DNA of 57,898 bases, counting the filler, from Basidiobolus ranarum (taxonomy: Eukaryota): the NCBI GenBank assembly GCA_040143965.1. It is 2 parts of 2 records of this genome, joined end to end, with 100 filler letters (N's around TTAATTAATTAA, not from the genome) between each part and the next. Parts side by side here need not be neighbours in the genome. Positions count along the whole stretch, not along the records: positions 29,016 to 57,898 come from JASJQH010000111.1; 1 more part is not named here. The stretch is one strand, 5' to 3'. The notes below the pieces were generated by a model. The model searched no databases. It was not told the origin of the DNA and saw only the letters and a list, made by a program, of their open reading frames with translations. The stretch's first letter is position 1. Every line of letters starts with the position of its first letter. The translations under genes were made by a program, and so were the position numbers. Below are positions 39,633 through 50,663 of the stretch, piece after piece.

Positions 39633-40427
39633 ATGAGCCCCAAGCTTGCACTCTCTGTAATGTCTACTGCTCAAAGTTCTGGAACTTTTCTCTCTTCTGA
39701 AAAATTGGATGGAACCAATTATCATGTTTGGAAAATTAAAATGAAAATGCTGCTTCAAGAAAAAGGACTTTGGGACACTGTTGAAGGCAAAGAAAGCAAT
39801 GAAAACTATCTGAAACCCCAGGTTTTACTCCAGGTTATAAAAGAACAAAGTGCCTTTAACACAATTTGTCTTAATGTTAAAGACAAATTGCTAATTCAAT
39901 GTTCAAGAGCTAAAACTGCCAAGAAGGTATGGAAAGCCTTGGAAGATACCTACCAAATATATTTTGTTGCCAACAAGATGTTTCTAAGATAAATTCTTTA
40001 ACTTAAAGATGAAGCCAGGACTAAACATTAACTCACTAAATAATAGAGTTACTATTTTAGTGAATGAAATAGAATGCATTGGAGTATCAACTACTCATCA
40101 TGATATCATAGTTATAGTCCTGAATAACCTGCCATACAAGTTTCAGAGCTTAGTAATGGCTGTAGAATCAAGAACTGAAAATTTGACCTTGAATTATATA
40201 TTTGGCAGACTTCTGGATGAAGATTTATGCAAATTAGGATCCAATCAAAAGATTGAAGAAAAAGCTAAAATAGGCTATGGGAAACCTTCCTACAAAGGTT
40301 AAAAGCACTTGAGGAGGAAAAGTAACACATTCTGTGATTACTGTAAGAGAACTGGCTATTGAAGCAAAGATTACTTTAAAAGCATTGCAAAAGAAGAAAA
40401 ATGTACTGAATCTGGAAGTGTAGTTGC
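39633..40427 (+). pseudogene. Degenerate Ty1/copia gag (stops and a frameshift)
   Basis: EKLDGTNYHVWKIKMKMLLQEKGLW, AKTAKKVWKALEDTY, VLNNLPYKFQSLVMAVES and a decayed zinc knuckle CDYCKRTGY*. Frame break at 39990-40009. Confidence 0.9.
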
Positions 40428-40623
40428 TGTTAAAGTATTTGAGAGCCTGTTAGAAGTGGTTTGGAGAATTAGAGAAATTGGTGATTTTCACTTATTGATT
40501 TATTGAGTAGAAAGGTGACATTTATAGTTTTGTCAAGATGTAGGCAAACTAACATGTAGAATGTGTTAACTATATATAACTATATAGGTGCTTAGGCAAT
40601 GCTAATGTCAATACTCTCCTCAA
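40428..40623 (-). mobile_element. Inverted, internally shorter 3' LTR of the same copia family (40428-40613) with polypurine tract (40614-40623)
   Basis: The reverse complement of 40428-40613 aligns to 39282-~39329 and ~39490-39628. Minus-strand TTGAGGAGAG directly precedes the LTR start. Confidence 0.82.
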
Positions 40624-41045
40624 CTAAATAGTCATATGAACTCATATACCTTTCAAATTTTGAGAAAAGTTCAAAATAATGTATACACACTTACTTTTTG
40701 TCAACATAATGGAACTTTGATTTCTTCTCATTATTCAAGACACCCGTTACTCGGCTATAATTTTGAACTCGAAAAAACCGTATATTTTAGAACCAACAGG
40801 ACAAGTTAGAGTAAAAGGATGAATAGTGTATGGTGCTATCAGTTGATATTTCCGATTTATATAATCATATCTATTCGGGGAAACGTCACAATTGATTTGT
40901 TTTTCCCAATTTTGAAAAATTGTGATTTGTTTATTATTTGGACGATTGAGTGTTGGTTAATATTATCCAGAGTGTTCACCTTTCTTCTAACTCTCACTTA
41001 AAGGATACTTTTACTCTTACTTTCTTTACAAATTCACCAGTAATC

Positions 41046-42755
41046 ATGAGTCTTTGGGTTGACAAGTATCGTCCCAATTCTTTGGAAAAGTTGAGCTATC
41101 ATACGCACCTTTCGGAGCAATTGAAGAGTCTGGTAAGTGGTCAACTGTACAGGGGATAAACATCAAGGACGCTCGCAGATGCCTCGAGGGAGATAAACAT
41201 CAACGTGCTTGACTTGAAGCCTCCTTGAAATAGATAAGAGATTTCTAATATAATTTTATGCTACAGGCATCTTCCGGTGATTTCCCTCACTTGTTGGTAT
41301 ATGGCCCTTCTGGAGCAGGTAAAAAAACTCGTATCATATCAGTTTTACGAGAACTTTATGGGCCTGCAGTAGAAAAGGTATCACTCAGCTTAACTAAGTT
41401 GGCTAATTGAAGAAACAGTTATTAATGGTATGTTTGTTGTGTAGCTTAAAGTGGACCAAAGAACATTTCAAACACCATCTGGACGTAAACTTGAAATCAA
41501 CATTGTCTCTAGTAATTTTCACCTTGAAATGAATCCCAGGTTTGTTTGTTTCAACTCTTAAAATATCCAAGCAAACAATAAGATAACACTTCAACTAAAA
41601 CTTATAGTGATGTGGGAATATATGATCGAGTAGTTATACAAGATTTGATCAAAGAGATTGCTCAAACACAACAAATTGACGCTAATGCAGCACGTCGTTT
41701 CAAAGTGGTAGTTATTAACGAAGCAGATTCGCTAAGCAAGGATGCTCAACATGCGTTACGTCGTACGATGGAAAAATACATGTCAAATCTTAGAATTATT
41801 CTTTGCTGTAATACAACGAGTAAGATCATCTCACCTATACGCAGTCGTTGTCTACTTGTCAGAGTTGCCGCACCTTCCATTCAAGAGGTATATACTCCCA
41901 AATTATCTAGTGCATTTCCCTCTTTTCTAACCTTGGCGTTCCAAAGATTAAAGATGCGTTAGAGGAAGTTGCGAAAAAAGAAGGATTCCAACTCCCGGAA
42001 GAGTTGGCAGTAAGGATTGGAGAGAAATCCGATCGAAATTTACGTCGTGCTATGTTGATGCTTGAAGCAGCACGTGTTCAAAGGTTGGATGATTTATTAC
42101 TGAGTAGCTATATAAAATATATATATATATAATAACTTCATCTAAACTGACTGAATATTGCATAGTCAACCATTTGTGGAAGGCCAGGATGTTGCACTAA
42201 CAGACTGGGAGATGTTCATCAAAGATGTCGCCCAAATGATCATCAAAGAGCAATCGCCAGCTAGGTATGTGGATTGTAGGGGGAGTAGCTAACTAAGGAT
42301 TGCCCTAACCCTTCCCATAGGCTTCTTCAAGTTCGAGGCAAACTGTACGAACTCATTACGCACTGCATTCCACCTAGCATGATCCTAAAGGTAATTAACC
42401 CATGCGATTGGTGTTGGTTGTCAAGCACTAATAGTACTTTTATATAATAGACATTAGCCCTTGAGCTAATTCACAATGTGGATCGTGAATTGAAGGCAGA
42501 AATCACTCATCAAGCCGCTTTTTACGTATGTTTCAAAGCCCCTTTTCTTCGTGAAACTCATACTTACTCTGGCAATGTTTATAGGAGCACCGTGTCTGCT
42601 GTGGCCAGAAACCTATTTTTCACTTGGAGGCCTTTGTAGCCAAGTTCATGAGCATTTACAAGAAGTAAGTGATGTGATGCTATGTCCAAACCATCATGTT
42701 ACTAACCTCGAATTCCATGGATTCGTTTAGGTTTTTGATGGATTTGTATGCCTGA
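41046..42755 (+). CDS. RFC5: Replication factor C subunit (yeast Rfc5 / human RFC3), multi-exon
   Basis: [71 protein letters not shown]. Stop at 42753-42755. Confidence 0.97.
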
Positions 42756-43385
42756 TTGGAAGCATGTGGTCGTTTGGCTCCCTTGTATCATCAATAGAGA
42801 ACGTCAGTGGAGAGGAGATTGATAGAAAAGGGAAAACATCCCCGTGAAGGTGGAATCATTAATCAATCTTGCTTCTTGATCCCTACTTTCCCACTTCCCA
42901 CTTCCCACTTCCACGCTCTCGATGTAGTTTGCTAGAAAAGAAGTTTATATAAATCGGTTTAATTAATGCTTGTATGTTTGTCCAATCATCTGCCAATCAG
43001 AATATTAGCGCGTGTAAAGTATGTGCACGATACATGCGCATACATTGAAATTAGCAGGAGCAAGTAGCATGGTATTAAGACCAATTGCGGGACGATAAAC
43101 AACAATGCGACATCCTTATGAAGCCAAAATCCCTCTATTAATGCTCACACATTAGATCGAAAGCACGTTTTGGATTCTAGATAGGTTTCATGTAGTGTAA
43201 ATCAGATGTAGCAGGAAAACAGAGAGATTGAAACTAGTTTTAAGTTTCCACTGCCTCCAAATCTATAAAATGGCCACCCTCGCCCCTCCTTAATTTCGAC
43301 ACTGGACCATTCGTTGACCGACCTTGACCTTGAACAACTCTGGTAGTTTCAAGTCTATTGTTCAATCCCATCGCTTGACAAGAAA

Positions 43386-45249
43386 ATGAAGACAATCCTT
43401 CCGTGTATCTCACTGATTGCCATAGGGCTGATAGGAGGAGTCTTGGGACAAGCGGGAAGATGTTCGCAGATCCGTGTGCGTAAAGAGATCCGTCAGATGA
43501 CGGATAATGAGAGAAATGCATTTTTTCGGGCGATAATCGAATTGAAAAAACGAAATATCTATGAAACATTCGCTTTCACTCACTCAAATTACGAAGTTTA
43601 CGCTCACGGTACTCCCGACTTCTTCCCATGGCACCGACAGTTTCTTTTGACTTTCGAGAATGCCTTGAGAAAGATTGATCCATCGGTCAATCTGCCTTAT
43701 TGGGATTGGACAATTGATTCACAAGCTCCAGAGAAAAGTATCATCTTTCAGTGGTACGGAGGCAACGGCCAGGGTCGTGAGAAATGTGTCCGGAATGGCG
43801 TGTTTGCTGGATGGACCCTCAGCTATCCAAATAGGCATTGTTTGAAACGAAGCTTTGATGAAGGAAACAGGATCGGATCGTTTTACTCAGCGGAAGTAAT
43901 CAACGCCATCATTGAAACAAACGATGATTATGACGAATTCCGTCAGGCCTTTGAGTCAGGCCCACACGGTCAGGTCCACAATGGTATTAGTGGAGACATG
44001 AAGCAGATGATCAGTCCTAACGAGTAAGTTCACCTTGATCATCCAACCAGTTCAAATTGAAACTAATTTTTGTACCATGAACAGTCCTATCTTCTGGCTT
44101 CATCATGGTTTTGTAGATAAAATTTACAACGACTGGCAACTTCGTGGCCCAGGTTTTGTTAACAGGTACAATGGTATCCATGGTTACGATGAACGACCTG
44201 CTGGACCGAGGTATAGCTTTACTCCATTCAACACGACAGCCCAGAGTGTGTTCGATACTAGAGCTTTCCCCTTGTGCTATCAATATGCTCGAACCCCTTC
44301 TTCGGAAATCAAAGCACCAGTTCCAATCAACAACAAAGTAGTATCTGGTCGTCCATTTGGTAATGATCCCCAGAGTGTATTGGTTAAGCGCGCCATCAGT
44401 ACTCCAGTTAAGAATGTCAAGAGTACTCCAGTTAAGAATGTCAAGAGTACTCCAGTTAAGCGTGTCAAGAGTACTCCAGTTAAGCGTGTCAAGAGTACCC
44501 CAGTTAAGCATACTACAGGTAGAACTGGTAGACGTTCGTGGCGTAGGTTAGCTAAACGTGGTTATTATTCGGAGTCGGAGGGGGACAAAATATTTGACGA
44601 TTTCAAGATTCTCAATCAGACTGCCGAAATATTTACCACCACTGAACGTGATGCTACTATTGGGCCCCTGAGTAAGAACAACAACAAGGTGGATGTAACT
44701 TACGGTTCCAAATCCAAGCTTCGTTTGACTACTTACTATAAAAGTACACATAGAAAACCATCATTGCCACCACCCGCTGAGTTGATTGAGCCCATAGATT
44801 ACACCAAGAAATACAAGGTTCCAGATACTAATGATCGTAGTAATTTGGACAAACTGCGTATTCCTAAAGGTTTAGCATATGATTATGTGACCGTCAATCA
44901 TCTTAACCTCACTTATGTACGTCAACAAGAGGCCACTATTGCGGAATACATTGATAAAATCAATGCAGTTCCCAACTATGCTTCTCCAGTTTGCCTGGGT
45001 AACGCAGATAAATTCCTCGAGAGACTCTACACCCGGAAACCAACCCCACCTAAGCCCAAACCAGCTCCACCTAAGCCCAAACCAGCTCCACCTAAGCCCA
45101 AACCAGCTCCACCTAAGCCCAAGCCAGCTCCACCAAAGCCTAAGCCTGTGATTCATCAACCTGAAGAAGAGCCAGATGATGGTGAGCTATTTGTAAGTGA
45201 CACTGTGTACCGATCCCAATACGATGTAAGCAATTTGGACTTTGATTGA
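43386..45249 (+). CDS. Secreted tyrosinase (type-3 di-copper) with repeat-containing C-terminal extension, one intron
   Basis: Signal peptide, RVRKEIR, CuA site H...AHG...FFPWHR, LPYWDW, and CuB site HGQVH...SPNDPIFWLHHGFVDK after splicing at 44024-44084. Confidence 0.93.
44398..44508 (+). repeat. 24-bp coding tandem repeat STPVK(N/R)VK x4.6
   Basis: agtactccagttaag(aat/cgt)gtcaag units. Confidence 0.95.
45046..45147 (+). repeat. 21-bp coding tandem repeat PPKPKPA x~5
   Basis: ccacctaagcccaaaccagct units. Confidence 0.95.
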
Positions 45250-45846
45250 GAATGTTAGGACTTCTTGATTATATGACAACGACCATAGGTGCTACTATCA
45301 CGTATTAATAAACCATTTCACTCATCAAAAAGAAGTTTATTTATATTATATTTCTTTTCCGTCATCCACTCTTTTTGTTTATGTGAAGACTTGGGATAAC
45401 CCAAAATTACTTCAAGGGTCTGTATCATATGTCATGCTTAGGGTTAGGTTTATCAGAATTAGAATTCAGTTTTAGTTGATCAACAACACAGTAAAAAATG
45501 AAAATGAAAATGAGAATTCATTGGGTTTGTTATATGAATTTTTACGCCTTAATATATATATATGACTTGTTCCATATGAATATGAAAAATACTTAAAATG
45601 AATACGTCCAAAAAGAATTTCTAACCTGATTGTTTGATCGTTATTCAGGAATTTCATTTGTGTTCGTTAGATCTAGATGTCAGTCTTGGCAGCTATATTC
45701 ACTGCTAGATCCAAGTCTAATCAGGTTGAGAAAAGGTGAAATGGTGATGGGAATGTCAAGAAATAGTGAAAATGTACAATGAAAAGAGGAAAACAGTGCA
45801 ATGATGTATGATGGGGAGTGTGGGTGTATGTAAAGAAAATGATGTA

Positions 45847-46677
45847 TTAAATGGCCCAATTATCTAAACCATCCCAGTTACGTTGTTCTGCTAGATAGGC
45901 CCTTCGAACTAATTGAGCAAAGATACCAGACGTCGTCTAGAAAATGGGTTTAGTTGGAAATTCTTTTTTTTCGTGAGTAAATGATGTTACACTTACTACT
46001 ATTACAAGTTGCCACGCTAGCATGATTATTACTGCTGTGTGAGCTCCAATCTTTAGTGAGTGGCCTACCTGCCAGCACATTGAATACCCGTAGGGAATTG
46101 GTGTAGATAAGATCCATTGTGCAATATCTGAGAGCACTTCGGAGGGAATCCCACCAGAGTTAGGAACTAGTTGTGCAGATGAAGGGTTGCTAAGCTTTAT
46201 CATATGTAGACTTGTAAGAAGACACAGAGCAATCCATATGATATGTAACATGCACCAAATGGAGTACTAAATATTGCAAAGAAATTTCAGTGCCATTATC
46301 TAATAGGTTACTATTTGGCTTAACTTTGAAAATTTACTGGTAACTTACCAACAATAAAAGTCTTTTGATATACCGTAATGTACCAATAATCGCAAGAACT
46401 CCTACAATTACAAACAATGCATTCGCAATCAAAGAAGTGTAAAGAACCCTTGAATGAAGCTGCTCCAAATCAAAGCATAGCAGGAACACGTATGTTATCT
46501 GAAAATAGAGAAAATTCATTTCTTATAAATAATTCAATAATTTATGGATTCACTAAAACACTCATTCCTATGAAATTTAAGTAATCCACATACCAACTCG
46601 GAAAAAACGGACGTGAGAAATATTGGACGCACTATGGTGACCCCGAGATATTTTCGGGAAAATCTATACTGTGCCAT
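45847..46677 (-). CDS. Small multi-pass membrane protein of unknown function, 4 exons
   Basis: In-frame splicing MAQYRFSRKYLG...SEL|ITYVFLL...RLLLL|YSIWCMLH...MCWQ|TTSGIF...NWAI*, with 3-4 hydrophobic helices. Confidence 0.7.
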
Positions 46678-48115
46678 AGACGTTTGAATATCTTTTTGAA
46701 TGAAGGTAAAGGTGGACGATTGACTTTAGAAGAGGCTACTAGAATGGAGGGTATTTACGCACTGCTCACCAGTTTCAAAATATTTTTAAGTCAGGGGAGG
46801 TGAATGTAGAGAGACGAAGTAGAGAAATTGTTCCCACTCGTAGGAGAGAGAGAGAGAAAACAGATCGTTAAGAACTTCTGACCCAAAAGGTCAAAAACAA
46901 GCGTTCTTTAGAGAAGACGAAACAAGCCGATAGCATCCATAATACAGTGATCAACTTATCTAGCTAAATATGGGAGTTAACTACAGTTGCCAAGCTATAA
47001 CAGTACTGGTAGTGTAAGCGATGAGCAGCTCGGGTAATAGATGAGGATGGGCCATATAAAGTAATCCTGATTTTGTATGGTTGATGTAGCATAAACAATT
47101 TGAAAATACGCTTAATCACGTGTATACGAGTAAATAAACAAGGAGGCCCGCAGAGTGCGGAAAGTCGAGACCAAGAGATATACCAAAGACTCATAAATGG
47201 TGGTAAGACGAGGTTAAATGAAGTGATGAGTTTCTCCTCAATAATGGTTTGGAGGTAGAGTACATCTGAATCCACCGCTATTGAAGAACTGGACCTGAAC
47301 ACATCATCATCCTGGTGAAGAGGAAGGGACGCCTCTAACCAATATAGAATCTGTGTTGACTTGGGCTCTAGCATGACACTTACCCTTTTTGGGGAATACA
47401 GGTATTTGATTGGAGGATAGTGTTTAAAATGGAAGAGTACCATCGAATGTGCGAATGTGCACTTTCGGATGGCCTTGACTCTTCATGTACAACCTTTGCA
47501 TAAAGTTCTCTTGATTCAGTGTGACTTTTAACATTAGTGAGGTACGATTTACTGCTTACTTACCACCTTAAGTGTAGCTCACATAACCAGAAGATATCTG
47601 GATTACATGTAGCTGATTGCATAGTCTACATACAATCTCACCTTCTCTCGCCCTTGCCCGGCTCTTGCCTCATCGTTTGGGTGTAAAAATCACGCCACGC
47701 CCTCTGCATCGCCCGGTCTGTGGGTTTTGGTGACGTTAATATGAACATACTTCGGCAAATCTTATCTAGAACATTTTTTCGATTCTTGCACATACATATT
47801 CAGTACGCACCGCGAATCCATAATATAAAGAGTTAGTATATTGCATGCATCATACCTCCCAAATAGGTAATTTATAGGAGTACCAAGAAGAACGTGACTC
47901 AGGATTGCCATTTACCTGATTTAGGCAGTGTTGGCCCAGTAGCAGATGGGTAGATAGTTGAGTAGTGTAACCAGCGCATAACAGTTAAAGACAGTCGAAT
48001 GTGATCGGTCATTCTGATCAATTCTTTTTTTCGCCTGATGACTTTTTCTCCCTTATATTCAATTATTGACGTTTTGGTAATACTGTCACACTTGCTTATT
48101 TGGCTCGAGTAGTAA

Positions 48116-49775
48116 ATGCCCTCCAGAGTCGCAGAGGATACTCTTATGAATGAGTATTTACCTCAAAGAGCCCTCTCCTTGCCGAAGAGTCCCAATCACT
48201 CTTGGCACAGTTGGTCCATTTTGTTCTTAGCCTGTGCGTTCATGCTTGGCCAATATTTCTGGTAAATTCCTAGACGTCTTTGGGTTGCTCACTTTCTTTT
48301 TGATTGATTTGTGTTTTCCCTTTTTTGCTCCTAGTTATGATATCCCTGGAGTAAATTTGTTCTTTATATTATGTCTTCAAACAAGCTTACCCTAACGAGC
48401 TCTTTTATCTAGGTTTTGAGTTTACAACTACGCAATCACCTGAATGCTGATCCGGAGAACTGGCAATACCAAGTGAGCGTATTATTCATGGTGACCTCTT
48501 TACCGAATGTTATATTTCCTTTTTTTGGTGGAATACTTCTGGATAAATATGGATCTTCTTTTGCCTTGGTTTTGTTCTGTATTTTGATGTGTACTGGGCA
48601 AGCTATATTCTCGATTGGTGTTAGCACTCGTATGTTTTGGTTGATGTGCATAGGCCGTTGCTTACTTGGAATAGGCTGTGGTAGTATGGAAGTTGTTCAA
48701 GGAAAAGTTACTACCAACTGGTTTCGTGGATCTTTACTCGCTTTCGCGCTCTCATTAAATTTAACCATCGGAAAATGGGGTTCTGCTGCTGATGCTTTAC
48801 TTTCTCCTTGGATTTGTGCCCTCACTAATGTAGCAACCGTTAACTGGATCGGGTTTTTGGTTTGCTTATTTTCCGCTTTATGTGCTTTCTTCTTGATTCG
48901 CCTAGACACTCCTCAGGCCAGAATGAAGGCTGGTGTCCCCTTAGAAGCCGGTAGTGAGGATATCTCATTAAAAGATATTCTTAAGCTTCAATCCTCCTTC
49001 TGGTTGCTATGTTTGCTTATCATTGCCCTGTATGGTCGGTCTTTCACACTTCAATTAGTTCTAGATATGTTCTATGTTAACACCTTAGACAACCTCTAGG
49101 CTCCGTTCAACCTTTCCTGTATATCTCGTCGGCTTTTTTACAACAAAAATGGTACCCAGGAGATTCACAAAAAGCTGGTGCAAGTAAGTACTGCTCAGTG
49201 CTCAGCAGAATTATTGATACCAACTGAGATTTTGTTTAGTTATGTCTATACCCAATATCTTATCCTCCGTTGGTTCACCACTTGGTGGCTTACTCGTAGA
49301 CCGTATCGGTTATCATGGGCCGATTATGACTCTTGGTGCAGCTTTGGTTGTTGTTGTTCACGCAATTCTTGGACTCACAATGATAACTCCAATACTTGGA
49401 TATACCATCTTAGGAGTAGCTACCTCTTTGTTTGCATCAGCGATTTGGCCTTGTGTTCCATTCATTGTTAAAGAGGAGCAATTAGGAACTGCATTCGGGA
49501 TTGTGGGAATTTCCTTTAATCTCGCCATATCTGTAATTCCACTCATTATCGGCAAGATTCAAGTAGCGACACATAGCTCTACAGCTGTAGAGATGTTCTT
49601 CCTTCTTCTCGCACTTTCTGGGTTCATAGGTGGCTTGACTTTCAGCACAGGGTCCTATTTGAAATCAAACAAATCCTCTACCGAAGAGAACCTTGATCAT
49701 ACTTCAATATTGAACGAGGAAAGTGAACATCTAAGTTTACTTGATCAGAATACCCTCAGTAAGAACTATACCTAA
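48116..49775 (+). CDS. MFS transporter, MFSD1-like, multi-exon with a 16-nt microexon (48335-48350)
   Basis: GQYFCYDIPG, FPFFGGILLDKYG, GRCLLGIG, NWFRG, SPLGGLLVDRIG, IWPCVPFIV...LGTAFG. Confidence 0.88.
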
Positions 49776-50104
49776 TATGATTCGTCCACCTCATACTACA
49801 TCTCTATTTAATGTCAATATATTCCTCAAAAAGAGCATACAAGCGCATACATTTATTGAATATGCTTCTCTTTTACTATTTTGTAATTCTGTATAAATGC
49901 TAGAATTTTTGAGACACTGAAGTAATTTGTTCAACGCAGTCGATCTCTAATGCAGATACACACTCCCTTTGAAAGTCAAATAAAACTAAATCTTATTTGG
50001 GATCGGAATCGGATTCGTAGATCCAAACGTAAATCCGTCACAATAGTATCAATGTAGATTTGAAAATTTCTTTCACTCTCTCTTGAACATCCTTATTTTC
50101 TATC

Positions 50105-50422
50105 ATGTTTCTCCAACGTGCTAAAGTATATACACCCACTTTTTATTCCACTATACGTAATGTACGTCAATTATCTACCGGAATATCGGAACGTCCGGGT
50201 CCACTTCCTTTAGGTGACAAAGAGAAACAAAAGGAAATTGAGGAAGCCATTCGTAAGAGAAGTATTTCTGATGCGGTGAATCCAGAGAATGTCGAAGAGG
50301 ATGTATTAGCCCCATTTGAAAACGATACTAACCCCACAACCGGTGAGATAGGTGGGCCAAGAGGAAAGGAGCCTACCCGCTTCGGTGATTGGGAAAGAAA
50401 AGGACGAGTATCAGACTTTTGA
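50105..50422 (+). CDS. SDH8: Succinate dehydrogenase assembly factor 4 (SDHAF4/Sdh8)
   Basis: Presequence-like N-terminus and [30 protein letters not shown]. Confidence 0.95.
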   Translation: MFLQRAKVYTPTFYSTIRNVRQLSTGISERPGPLPLGDKEKQKEIEEAIRKRSISDAVNPENVEEDVLAPFENDTNPTTGEIGGPRGKEPTRFGDWERKGRVSDF

Positions 50423-50663
50423 TTTTCCTGAAGAGTTTAAACATTGAACTCGGTGAAATATAATCTCGCTTCTAAAGTATTCATCTGTTGCATAGCATTA
50501 CTTTATTCCAAATAAAGTGAACATTCTTTTAAATATTAAACCCATAAAAAATGGTATTGGGGGTAAAAATCATTTATTCTACAATAGCAGTCTTGAATGG
50601 CAAATAAGTAAACTTCTATGTTGACTAGTTATGTGTAAGGGGAAAAGGGAAAGGAGGGGTATA

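Noticed and set aside
46964..47443. 159-aa minus-strand ORF
   Set aside because: No recognisable domain or splice structure. Cannot be supported without expression or homology data.
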